The notes under the pieces are model-generated. The model saw only the letters and a program-made list of their open reading frames with translations. It ran no database searches and was not told the origin of the DNA. Below, one piece after another: positions 1 through 8,441 of a stretch of DNA of 18,099 nucleotides. Source of the stretch: a bacterium (GTDB lineage: Bacteria > Arandabacterota > Arandabacteria > Arandabacterales > JALGWA01); NCBI GenBank assembly GCA_050125095.1, contig JASFEA010000066.1, forward strand, positions 1 through 18,099. Direction: 5' to 3'. Both the position numbers and the translations under genes were made by a program. Positions within the stretch are counted from its first letter, which is position 1, and every line of letters starts with the position of its first letter.

Positions 1-1771
1 CCAGTATGTAGGGGACCTTCTCCATCGTCTTCTGTCTTATCCTGTAGCCCAGCTTCTGCTGGGACGACGTCTTTTCAGCTCTTATGCCGTTCTCGACGAG
101 TGTATCGTAGACCTTTCCGGCGTAATATTCGAACTTCTCCTGTACCGGCAATATTGAAACCTGCACAGGCGATAGCCATACCGGGAAAGCCCCGGCATAG
201 TGCTCGATAAGGACGCCGAAGAAACGCTCTATGCCTCCGAGGACGGTCCTGTGAATCATCACCACATTATGGGGATGGCCGTCCTCCCCAACGTACTCCA
301 CGCCGAGCCGGCCGGGCAGGTTGAAGTCGAACTGTATAGTCGGGCCCTGCCAGCCGCGTCCGAGCGCGTCGAGGAGCTTCACGTCTATCTTGGGGCCGTA
401 GAAAACGGCCTCGCCCTCTTCCCTGTTATACTCTATGCCTTTGCGCTCCAGCGCCTCCACGAGTCCGCGCTCTGCGTCTTCCCAGTCCTGGTCGGAACCG
501 GCGTAGTCCTGGGGCCGTTCCGGGTCCCTCACGCTGAGGTCCACCTGGTAGCGTTTGAATCCCAGCACCGAAAGCAGGTGCTGGTAGAGGTCAATGACCC
601 CCACGACTTCGTCCACTATCTGGTCCCGCGTGCAGAAGATGTGGGCGTCGTCCTGGGTGAAGCCTCTCACCCTCATCAGGCCGTGTAGCGTCCCCGACCT
701 CTCCATCCTGTAGACCGTCCCCATTTCCGCATACTTTATCGGCAGGTCGCGGTAACTCCTTTTACGCGATTTATATACGAGTATATGCCCCACGCAGTTC
801 ATGGGCTTGAGGACATATTCCTCGTCATCGACATTGAGGACATACATGTTCTCGCGGTAGTAATCGAAATGGCCCGACGCCTTCCAGAGGCCCGCCCTCG
901 CGATATGGGGCGTGTAGAGGAGCTGGTAGCCGCGCTTCATGTGCTCCTCCTCCCAGAATCTCTCGATGAGCTTGCGTATGAGCGAACCGTTGGCATGCCA
1001 GTAGGCGAGCCCCGCCCCGGCCTCCTCGTGAATGGAGTAAAGGTCGAGGTCTATGCCGAGCCGCCGGTGGTCCCGCTTCTTGGCCTCCTCCAGCCTGTCC
1101 AGATAGGCCTTGAGCTGAGCCTTGTCCGGGAAGGCCGTCCCGTAAATGCGCTGCAGCATGGCACGGTTCTCGTCGCCTCTCCAGTAGGCGCCGGCCACGC
1201 TCGTCAGCTTAAATGCCCGCAGCCACCGGGTCGTGGGCAGGTGCGGGCCCCGGCACAGGTCCATGAACTCTGCCTGCCTGTATACGCTTATGGTCTCGTC
1301 TTCCATGTCCTCCAGAAGCTCTACCTTATAGTTCTCGCCGGCTCCCCTGAACATCTTTATGGCGTCGGACTTGGACACCACTTCCCGCTCGATGGGGATG
1401 TCTTCCTTTACGATCTTCTTCATCTCCTTCTCGATAAGCGGGAGGTCTTCCTCGGTGAACTTATGCTCAAGGTCGAAATCGTAGTAGAACCCGTCCTCAA
1501 TGGCGGGCCCGATTCCCAGCCTGGTGTCCGGGAAAAGCCGCTTGACGGCCTGGGCCATCACATGCGATGCGGTGTGCCTGTAAACGTCCCGCGCTTCCCC
1601 GGAGTCGAAGGTCAGGAACTCGACGCTCGAGTCCCCGGAGAGGACGGTCGACAGGCCCACAGGGTCGGACCCCACCCGTGCAGCAATGATGAGGGCCCCG
1701 GTCTCCTTCGCGACCTCGCGGGCCTTTTCCTGAAGATCTGTACCGGCTTTGAGTTGGTATACTAGCGACAT
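1..1771 (-). CDS. thrS: Threonine--tRNA ligase (3' end beyond window start)
   Basis: Not in the ORF track (no stop in window). Manual translation from ATG at 1771 gives MSLVYQLKAG...VYRHTASHVMAQAVKRLFP...IGPAIEDGFYYDF...MDLCRGPH, the ThrRS editing-domain motifs, followed further down by RDHRRLG and KPMNC. Confidence 0.97.
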   Translation of the reverse strand, partial: MSLVYQLKAGTDLQEKAREVAKETGALIIAARVGSDPVGLSTVLSGDSSVEFLTFDSGEARDVYRHTASHVMAQAVKRLFPDTRLGIGPAIEDGFYYDFDLEHKFTEEDLPLIEKEMKKIVKEDIPIEREVVSKSDAIKMFRGAGENYKVELLEDMEDETISVYRQAEFMDLCRGPHLPTTRWLRAFKLTSVAGAYWRGDENRAMLQRIYGTAFPDKAQLKAYLDRLEEAKKRDHRRLGIDLDLYSIHEEAGAGLAYWHANGSLIRKLIERFWEEEHMKRGYQLLYTPHIARAGLWKASGHFDYYRENMYVLNVDDEEYVLKPMNCVGHILVYKSRKRSYRDLPIKYAEMGTVYRMERSGTLHGLMRVRGFTQDDAHIFCTRDQIVDEVVGVIDLYQHLLSVLGFKRYQVDLSVRDPERPQDYAGSDQDWEDAERGLVEALERKGIEYNREEGEAVFYGPKIDVKLLDALGRGWQGPTIQFDFNLPGRLGVEYVGEDGHPHNVVMIHRTVLGGIERFFGVLIEHYAGAFPVWLSPVQVSILPVQEKFEYYAGKVYDTLVENGIRAEKTSSQQKLGYRIRQKTMEKVPYIL

Positions 1772-1779
1772 AATAAAAA

Positions 1780-1856
1780 TGGTGGGCGATACTGGACTTG
1801 AACCAGTGACTTCCTGCTTGTCGAGCAGGCACTCTGACCAACTGAGCTAATCGCCC
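1780..1856 (-). tRNA. tRNA-Val(GAC), 77 nt, CCA encoded
   Basis: Reverse complement GGGCGATTAGCTCAGTTGGTCAGAGTGCCTGCTCGACAAGCAGGAAGTCACTGGTTCAAGTCCAGTATCGCCCACCA: acceptor stem GGGCGAT/ATCGCCC, D arm, anticodon stem CCTGC/GCAGG around loop TCGACAA, T loop TTCAAGT, discriminator A, CCA. Confidence 0.97.
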
Positions 1857-1903
1857 ACGCCTCTAACTTTAATGTCTGCAATTAATTAAACCTTCCACTT
1901 CAA

Positions 1904-1933
1904 TCAATAAGACAAGCTTCGACCATGTGTCAA
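1904..1933 (-). promoter_or_regulatory. Possible sigma70 promoter for tRNA-Val/thrS
   Basis: Perfect TTGACA at 1928-1933 (minus) followed by an AT-rich stretch. The -10 match is weak (TTATTG or TATTGA at 17-18 nt spacing). Confidence 0.45.
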
Positions 1934-1945
1934 GCGAAAACCCCG

Positions 1946-3943
1946 CTAGGAAGCCGGCTTCTCGTCGTCATCCTCTGAAGCGGTCTCTTCGCCGCCCGGC
2001 TCCTCTTCAGCAGAAGGCTCCTCGCCGCCCTCGTCCATCGGGCCGGCCTCTCCGGCCTCCTTCTTTTCGGCTTCAGCAGAGGCTCCGGCATCGTAATCGG
2101 CCTCCGCCCATGACTCGTCACCGCCTGCAGTTTCTTCTGAAGTGGTCGGCGCTTTCTCCTCCCCTTCTTCCTTTATCGTGACATGGTCACCGACGGTTAT
2201 TTTCTTGGGACCATACTTTTTCATGTACTCCTCGACTTCGTCCCGCTCCTGTCCGTCCAGGTACTCCTTCACCGACAGCAATATCTTCCTCGCGTCGGGA
2301 TCGATCTTGATCACCCTCAAAGGGAGCTCGTCCCCGGGCTTGAAGACGTCCGAAGGCTTGGAGATATTGTCCTGGCCCAGATGCGAGAGCGGCACAAAGC
2401 CCTCTACGTCCTCCTCGAGCTCGACCACTACGCCGCGGTCGTGCACCTTGGTGATGGTCCCCTTGGTCGGGGTGCCCACACCATAGGTGTCCACGAGCTT
2501 CATCCAGGGGTTCTCCTCGATCTGCTTCAGGCCGAGCGAGATCTTGCGGTTCTCCTTGTCGGCGCCCAGGACTACCACGTCCACCTTGTCGCCCTTCTTG
2601 AGGATTTCGCTCGGATGCCTGATCCTCTTGGTCCAGGACATATCCGAGATATGCACCAGGCCCTCTATGCCCGACTCGATCTCCACGAAGGCGCCGAAGT
2701 TGGTGAGGTTTCTCACCTTGCCTACGATCCTGCTGCCCATGGGGTATCTCTCTTCGAGAGTCTCCCAGGGATCGGGCTCGATCTGCTTGAGTCCAAGCGA
2801 GATCTTCTCATGTTCCTTGTCGATCTTCAGCACAACGGCCTCGATCATGTCGCCGATTGCGACCACCTTGGACGGGTGCTTGACATGCTTGGTCCAGGAC
2901 ATCTCCGACTTGTGCACCAGGCCCTCGACGCCTTTCTCCAGCTCCACGAAGGCGCCGTAGTCGGTTATGCTGACGACCTTGCCCCGCACCTTCTCTCCCA
3001 CGGGGTACTTCTCTTCGATGTTCTCCCAGGGGTAAGGGGTGAGCTGCTTCATGCCCAGCGAGATGCGTTCGCGCTCAAGGTCGAAGTCCAGTACCATTAC
3101 CTTGACTTCGTCCCCGATGGCCAGCATCTCGGATGGGTGGCTCACTCTGCCCCATGCGAGGTCGGTTATATGCAGCAGGCCGTCGATGCCGCCCAGGTCT
3201 ATGAAGGCGCCGAAGTCGGTTATGTTCTTGACCACGCCCTCGCGCGTCTGGCCCTTCTCGAGTTCGGCGAGGAGCGCGACCTTCATCTTCTCTCTCTCCT
3301 CCTCGAGAACGACGCGCCTGGAAACGACGACATTGCGCCTGCGCTTATTTATCTTGATTACCCTGACCCTTATGCCCTTCCCGATCAGGTCGTCAAGGTT
3401 CTGGATTTGCCTGATGCCCACCTGGGAACCCGGCAGGAACGCTTCCACCCCGAAGAGGTCGACAACGGCCCCGCCCTTGATTCTCCGCACGAGCTTGCCC
3501 TCGACGACCTTGGAGTCGTCATAGGCGTCCTTGATTGTCCCCCAGACCCTGAGGAAGTCAGCCCGCTGCTTGGAGAGGACGATGAGGCCGTCCTGGTTCT
3601 CCATCTTCTCCAGGTAGACGTCCACGTCATCGCCGACGCGAATGGTCGGTGTGTCTCCGAACTCCGACAGCGCGATGACGCCTTCCGACTTGAAGCCGAC
3701 GTCGACCAGCACCTCGCTCTCGGTCACCTTGACCACGCGGCCCTTGACGATGTCGCCTTCGCGCATTTCCTTGAAGGACTCCTCGTACATCTCGAGGAGT
3801 TCTTCCGGTACTTCCCAGTCCTCCTCGTCATCGAGGCCGACCGGCTTGAGGGTGGGGAACCGCTTTTTCAAGTCCCTCCTTTCCTCGTCTGATTGCGTCC
3901 CGGTCCGGGACACTTCCTGGTTCTCTACATTCTCTTCCAGCAT
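1946..3943 (-). CDS. rpsA: 30S ribosomal protein S1 (six S1 domains, acidic N- and C-terminal extensions)
   Basis: Repeated S1 motifs (VKNITDFGAFIDLGGIDGLLHITDL, SITDYGAFVELEKGVEGLVH, NLTNFGAFVEIESGIEGLVHISDMSW). SD AAGGAG upstream of the ATG. Confidence 0.98.
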   Translation of the reverse strand: MLEENVENQEVSRTGTQSDEERRDLKKRFPTLKPVGLDDEEDWEVPEELLEMYEESFKEMREGDIVKGRVVKVTESEVLVDVGFKSEGVIALSEFGDTPTIRVGDDVDVYLEKMENQDGLIVLSKQRADFLRVWGTIKDAYDDSKVVEGKLVRRIKGGAVVDLFGVEAFLPGSQVGIRQIQNLDDLIGKGIRVRVIKINKRRRNVVVSRRVVLEEEREKMKVALLAELEKGQTREGVVKNITDFGAFIDLGGIDGLLHITDLAWGRVSHPSEMLAIGDEVKVMVLDFDLERERISLGMKQLTPYPWENIEEKYPVGEKVRGKVVSITDYGAFVELEKGVEGLVHKSEMSWTKHVKHPSKVVAIGDMIEAVVLKIDKEHEKISLGLKQIEPDPWETLEERYPMGSRIVGKVRNLTNFGAFVEIESGIEGLVHISDMSWTKRIRHPSEILKKGDKVDVVVLGADKENRKISLGLKQIEENPWMKLVDTYGVGTPTKGTITKVHDRGVVVELEEDVEGFVPLSHLGQDNISKPSDVFKPGDELPLRVIKIDPDARKILLSVKEYLDGQERDEVEEYMKKYGPKKITVGDHVTIKEEGEEKAPTTSEETAGGDESWAEADYDAGASAEAEKKEAGEAGPMDEGGEEPSAEEEPGGEETASEDDDEKPAS

Positions 3944-4001
3944 TCTGCTTCTACTCCTTCCTGTCTATAGATTTGACCCTCGCGGGCCATAGAAGCCTGA
4001 T

Positions 4002-4826
4002 TTATAAATCCTCGAGCTTATAAACGATATCATCAACGAGCCATTTGGGCGTGGACGCCCCCGCGACCACTCCCACCCTTGCGCCCGTCTTGAACCATCC
4101 CGGCCTTATCTCCTCGGCCGTTTCGACGTGGTATGTATTTGGACACATCGAACTGCAGAGGGTTGCAAGCCTCGATGTGTTTGCGCTGTTCCTTCCGCCC
4201 ACCACCACCACCGCGTCTACGGTCGCAGCGAGTGCCCGCGCCTTGTCCTGCCGCTTGGCCGTCTCACTGCAGATAGTGTTGATTACGAGAATCTCCTTCG
4301 CCTTCCGGGCGATCTCGCAGACGATAGATGAGAAGGTGTCTATGGGCACGGTTGTTTGTGCAATAATACCCACTCTCTGTCCGAAATTCAATGCTTTTGC
4401 CTGCTTTGTATTCTCGACCACCACTGCCCCGCGCCCGACATGTCCGAGTATGCCCTTTACCTCAGGGTGCTTGCGCTCCCCGACGACCACCAGGCGGTAG
4501 CCCATCTCCGAAATCCGCCTGGCGTTCTCCTGCGCCTTTCGAACGAAGGGACACGTGGCGTCTATGATGTCATAGCCCTTGGCCTTTGCGCCGGCCACCT
4601 CCCTGGGACTTATGCCATGCGACCTTATGACCACCGCGCCCTTCCCGTTCCTGAGCCTCTTTAAGGGCCTTATGCCACCGCGCCTGAGTCTCTCGACCAC
4701 CTGCGGGTTGTGTATCAGGGGCCCGAGGCTGTAAACGGCCGACCGCGATTCCGCCGCCGAGTCCAGAGCCATCTTGATGGCCCGCTTGACCCCCGAGCAG
4801 AAGCCCACGCCCTCGCTCACCACCAC
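4002..4826 (-). CDS. ispH: 4-hydroxy-3-methylbut-2-enyl diphosphate reductase (start uncertain: GTG 4826 or TTG 4916)
   Basis: GFCSGV, LIHNPQVV, IRSHG, DATCPFV, HPEVKGI, AQTT, NTICSET, GGRNSANT, AGASTP. The three Fe-S cysteines are present. Confidence 0.96.
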   Translation of the reverse strand: MVVSEGVGFCSGVKRAIKMALDSAAESRSAVYSLGPLIHNPQVVERLRRGGIRPLKRLRNGKGAVVIRSHGISPREVAGAKAKGYDIIDATCPFVRKAQENARRISEMGYRLVVVGERKHPEVKGILGHVGRGAVVVENTKQAKALNFGQRVGIIAQTTVPIDTFSSIVCEIARKAKEILVINTICSETAKRQDKARALAATVDAVVVVGGRNSANTSRLATLCSSMCPNTYHVETAEEIRPGWFKTGARVGVVAGASTPKWLVDDIVYKLEDL

Positions 4827-4836
4827 CTCGAGGTCC

Positions 4837-5511
4837 TTAGACCGTTTTCGACCCGTCTTCTCTCTCTTTGCTGTCGTCTTCTTTACTGTCTTTTCCTCTG
4901 TTTTCTTCTTCCGCAAGCGCTTTGATCCTTTTCATGGCTTCGGCCGATATGGCCATGTAAGCTTCCTTATCGCTCCCGGACCGGCTCCTTATCTCGGCCG
5001 GGATCACCGGCTCCCCGAAGCGAATCACGAGGGGCCTTTTCCTCGTGAACGCCGCGCCGAGGTTATTCGTGCCGGCGACATAAGTCGGCACCACGGGAAC
5101 GTCGGCCATCGACGCGATCATGCCAACTCCCGGCTTGGGCTTTAAGAACCTGCCCGAGAGACTCCTCGTCCCCTCGGGAAACATGATCATGGCTTTGCCC
5201 TCTTTGAGAAGCCGCACGGCTTTCTTGAGGGCTCCCACGTCGCCGGTCGCCCTTTTGACCGGTATCGCGTTATACGAGCGTATGAGCGCGGCGAAAACCG
5301 GGTTGGCGAAGAGCTCCTCCTTCGCCAGGAAGTGGAGCTCCCGCGGCACCGCGCTCCCCACCATGGGCGGGTCGTTGTACGAGACATGATTCGAGGCGAT
5401 TATGACGCCCCCCGCGCGCGGGACCTTGTCGTCTCCGTATATTCTCATTCCAAAGAGCAGTCGCTCGACGAACCTGAGGAATTTCCAGGAAATGCGGTAA
5501 TGAAACCTCAC
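4837..5511 (-). CDS. plsC: 1-acyl-sn-glycerol-3-phosphate acyltransferase (PlsC family)
   Basis: NHVSYND (HxxxxD), FLAKEELF and FPEGTRS motifs. Usual cmk-plsC-ispH-rpsA context. Confidence 0.93.
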   Translation of the reverse strand: MRFHYRISWKFLRFVERLLFGMRIYGDDKVPRAGGVIIASNHVSYNDPPMVGSAVPRELHFLAKEELFANPVFAALIRSYNAIPVKRATGDVGALKKAVRLLKEGKAMIMFPEGTRSLSGRFLKPKPGVGMIASMADVPVVPTYVAGTNNLGAAFTRKRPLVIRFGEPVIPAEIRSRSGSDKEAYMAISAEAMKRIKALAEEENRGKDSKEDDSKEREDGSKTV

Positions 5512-5521
5512 GGCCAGACCC

Positions 5522-6190
5522 CTACATTCTTGCCCGGACCTCTCTCAGGACTTCCTCGATCTGTTCTTCTATGGTCAGGTAAGTCGTATTTACAACTGCA
5601 GCGCCCTCGGGTATCACCAGCGGGCTGTGCTGCCTGTTTGTGTCGGTCTTGTCCCTGGATCTTATGTCGCGCTCGACGCGCGCCAGTTCCACCCTGGTCC
5701 CCTTGCCGTTGAGCTCTTTCTTCCTTCTTACGGCCCTTGTCCTCAGGTCGGCGTCCAGGTATATCTTGACTTCCGCCTCGGGGAACACCACCGAGCCGAT
5801 ATCCCGGCCCTCCGCGACGATGCCGCCGCCGGCGCCGATCTCCCTCTGTATTTCCACCATGCGCTCCCTCACCGGGCCGAGCGCGGCAACGGCAGACGCC
5901 GCCGCCGAGACCTCCGGGCTGCGGAGGTCGTCCGTAACATCCACGCCGTCGAGTATGATTCGAGTCCCGCTCGCGAGCGTCTCGACGTCGATTGAGGTGT
6001 TCCGCGCCAGCTCGGCCATGCCGGCCTCGTCGGCGACATCCACTCCCGCCTTGATGGCCTTAAAGCCCATGGCCCGGTACATTGCGCCCGTATCCAGGTA
6101 ATTGTATCCCAGACGCCTGGCGACGGTGCGGGCCGTCGTGCTTTTGCCCGATGCCGCAGGACCGTCTATGGTGACTACGAGTTTTTTCAA
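5522..6190 (-). CDS. cmk: Cytidylate kinase
   Basis: IDGPAASGKST P-loop, YLDTGAMYRA, AEGRDIGSVVFP. The likely TTG start at 6190 overlaps the rluB TGA stop (TTGA). The ORF-track start at 6250 lies inside rluB. Confidence 0.96.
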   Translation of the reverse strand: MKKLVVTIDGPAASGKSTTARTVARRLGYNYLDTGAMYRAMGFKAIKAGVDVADEAGMAELARNTSIDVETLASGTRIILDGVDVTDDLRSPEVSAAASAVAALGPVRERMVEIQREIGAGGGIVAEGRDIGSVVFPEAEVKIYLDADLRTRAVRRKKELNGKGTRVELARVERDIRSRDKTDTNRQHSPLVIPEGAAVVNTTYLTIEEQIEEVLREVRARM

Positions 6191-6942
6191 TTCGCGCCCT
6201 CTGTGTTGCGGCGGAGCGTCCGCACTTCGTCGCGGCTCAGGTAACGCCACTCGCCCCGGCTCAGGCTTCCCAGGCCGACTCCTCCGAAACTCTTCCGCGT
6301 AAGCGATGTGACTTCGTAACCGCAGGCGGCCAGCATGCGCCTTATCTCGCGCTTCCTGCCCTCGGTCATCACGATCTCCATGACTGCGCCGCCCTCGTAC
6401 TCGCCGACGATTCTGGCCTCTACCGCCCTCGCCGGTCCGTCCTCGAGCTCCACGCCCGCCTTGAGCTTGCCCGCCAGGTCCTCCCCGGCGGCGCCCTCAA
6501 CGGCCACGGTGTAAACCCTCGGGACCTGGTACCTCGGATGCGCCAGACGGTGACTGAGCTTGCCGTCATTCGTCATGATGACGAGGCCGTCCGAATCCAT
6601 GTCCAGTCTCCCGACTGCGAAAAGCCCGTCGGGCAGGCCGCTGACAGCGTCGAAGACGGTTTTCCTTCCATGCGGGTCGGCCGCCGTCACAATGCTCCCA
6701 ACCGGCTTATACGCCGCCACGTATACCTTCTCCCTGACGGCCAGTGTCTCGCCGTCGACTTCAACAGTGTCCGCCCCGGCATCGACGAGCGTCGCCAGGT
6801 CGGTCACCACCTCTCCGTTTATCCTGACCCTGCCGCCGGTTATGAGGTCTTCGCACTTCCTTCGGGAGCCGAGGGCGCAGTCCCTCAGGAACTTGTTAAG
6901 CCTCACCCTGGGCGACATCGTCTCTTGCATCCTCTGTGTCAT
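6187..6942 (-). CDS. rluB: rRNA pseudouridine synthase, RsuA/RluB family (start may be 6918)
   Basis: S4 domain RLNKFL...SRRKCEDLI, catalytic VGRLDMDSDGL, EGRKREIRRM. scpB-rluB-cmk synteny. Confidence 0.88.
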   Translation of the reverse strand: MTQRMQETMSPRVRLNKFLRDCALGSRRKCEDLITGGRVRINGEVVTDLATLVDAGADTVEVDGETLAVREKVYVAAYKPVGSIVTAADPHGRKTVFDAVSGLPDGLFAVGRLDMDSDGLVIMTNDGKLSHRLAHPRYQVPRVYTVAVEGAAGEDLAGKLKAGVELEDGPARAVEARIVGEYEGGAVMEIVMTEGRKREIRRMLAACGYEVTSLTRKSFGGVGLGSLSRGEWRYLSRDEVRTLRRNTEGAN

Positions 6943-7675
6943 CCTGCTCCGTATCTTCCTCGGTTATCTCAAGAGGCACATCATGCGACGACGACTTTAT
7001 GAGCTCCTCCACTTCGTCGGCAGCCTCGGCGTAGTCGGCGCGCTCCAGGTCGCTCTGACTGGGCTCGCGCAGGCGGTCTGTCTCCGGCCCCGAGCCATCC
7101 CTTCCGGCCGGGCCCTCCCCGCCGCCCGATCCCTGCCCGCCGGCAGAGCCGTCGCCGGTGAGATCATCGATCTCCTCGAGCTTGGGCAGGTCGCTGATGC
7201 GGCTTATGCCGAAGCGCAGGAGAAACTCCTTTGTGGTTCCGAACAGGAGCGGCCGGCCGGGGCCGTCGGCCCTGCCCACTATGCGCACCAGGTCGCGCTC
7301 CATGAGAGTCCTCAAGACGCTGTCCACGTTGACGCCCCTTATGGACTCGATTGCAGACCTCACAACCGGCTGCTTGTAGGCGACGACCGCAAGCGTCTCG
7401 AGCGCGGCCCTGGAGAGCCTGGCCCTGCCGCGCGACTCGAAGAGCTTGTCCACCCAGATGGCGTAGTCCGGTTTGCTGGCGAGCTGCCAGCCGTTGGCGA
7501 CTTCCACCACTTGAAACGCTCTCGCGTCGCCCTCGTACTCCCTCATGAGCTCCTCTATGGACTCCACGATGTCCTTGGCGTCCGTTCCCGGCACGATGGC
7601 CAGGATCTTCGTCATGGTAAGAGGCTCCGGCGCCGCGAAGAGCAGCGCCTCGATTATCCTCCTAAGCTCCTCCAT
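6896..7675 (-). CDS. scpB: SMC-Scp complex subunit ScpB with long acidic tail
   Basis: IEALLFAAPEPL, LSRAALETLAVVAYKQPV, IESIRGVN, GRPLLFGTTKEFL. AGGAG lies 7 nt before the ATG at 7675 (alternative ATG at 7681). Confidence 0.96.
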   Translation of the reverse strand: MEELRRIIEALLFAAPEPLTMTKILAIVPGTDAKDIVESIEELMREYEGDARAFQVVEVANGWQLASKPDYAIWVDKLFESRGRARLSRAALETLAVVAYKQPVVRSAIESIRGVNVDSVLRTLMERDLVRIVGRADGPGRPLLFGTTKEFLLRFGISRISDLPKLEEIDDLTGDGSAGGQGSGGGEGPAGRDGSGPETDRLREPSQSDLERADYAEAADEVEELIKSSSHDVPLEITEEDTEQDDTEDARDDVAQGEA

Positions 7676-8438
7676 CTTCATTCTCCTGAGCTTTCACCGC
7701 CTCTGCGGTCCTGCCGGCTCTCTCTTTCTTCCTGTATATATGTATGGTCCCGAAAGACCTGGTCTGCCTGAACTTGAGCGTCCCGAGCCTCAAGAGCTCG
7801 AGGAGCGCCAGGAATGTCACGATTATCTCCAGTGCGTCGGCGCCCTCTTCGAAGAGGTCGGCGAACGGGACCCTGTGGCCCGGCCTTATTCGCTCGCGCA
7901 AGTAGTCCATCTTCTCCTCAATGGATATCTCCTCTATTGCGACCTCCATGGGCCGCTCCCTTGCGCCGTCAAGGACCTGCTTCAGGGCTACCATGAGGTC
8001 GAAGAGATTGTAGTCCATCTCCTCCGGAGGCTCGGCGCCCTGCCATTCGAGCTCGGGCCGCGTGTAGAGCATATCGCGCTGGTACTCCATGGCCTCGAAG
8101 TCGGAGGCGGCCTGCTTGAACTGCTGGTACTCGAGAAGCTGCTGCACCAGGTTCTGGCGCGGGTCCTCTATTTCCTCTTCATCCGCAGTCTCCCTCGGGA
8201 GCAGCATGCGCGCCTTGATCCGCATGAGCGTCGCCGCCATGACCAGGAATTCCCCCGCGAGCTCGAGGTTGAGGAACTCGAGCACGCCTATATAGGCGAG
8301 GTACTGCTCGGTTATCACCGAGATGGGAATGTCGTATATGTCGATCTCCTCTTTCTTGATAAGAAAGAGCAGAAGATCGAGCGGCCCCTCGAACTGCTCG
8401 AGCCTCACCTTGTATGCGTTGTATTCGCTCTCTTCCAT
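7662..8438 (-). CDS. scpA: Segregation and condensation protein A (kleisin)
   Basis: FEGPLDLLLFLI...IDIYDIPI...EFLVMAATLMRIKARMLLP, with C-terminal TFLALLEL. Confidence 0.97.
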   Translation of the reverse strand: MEESEYNAYKVRLEQFEGPLDLLLFLIKKEEIDIYDIPISVITEQYLAYIGVLEFLNLELAGEFLVMAATLMRIKARMLLPRETADEEEIEDPRQNLVQQLLEYQQFKQAASDFEAMEYQRDMLYTRPELEWQGAEPPEEMDYNLFDLMVALKQVLDGARERPMEVAIEEISIEEKMDYLRERIRPGHRVPFADLFEEGADALEIIVTFLALLELLRLGTLKFRQTRSFGTIHIYRKKERAGRTAEAVKAQENEDGGA

Positions 8439-8441
8439 TCT

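Noticed and set aside
1497-1841. 114-aa minus-strand ORF spanning the tRNA and thrS start
   Set aside because: Out-of-frame overlap with tRNA-Val and thrS, with no independent support.
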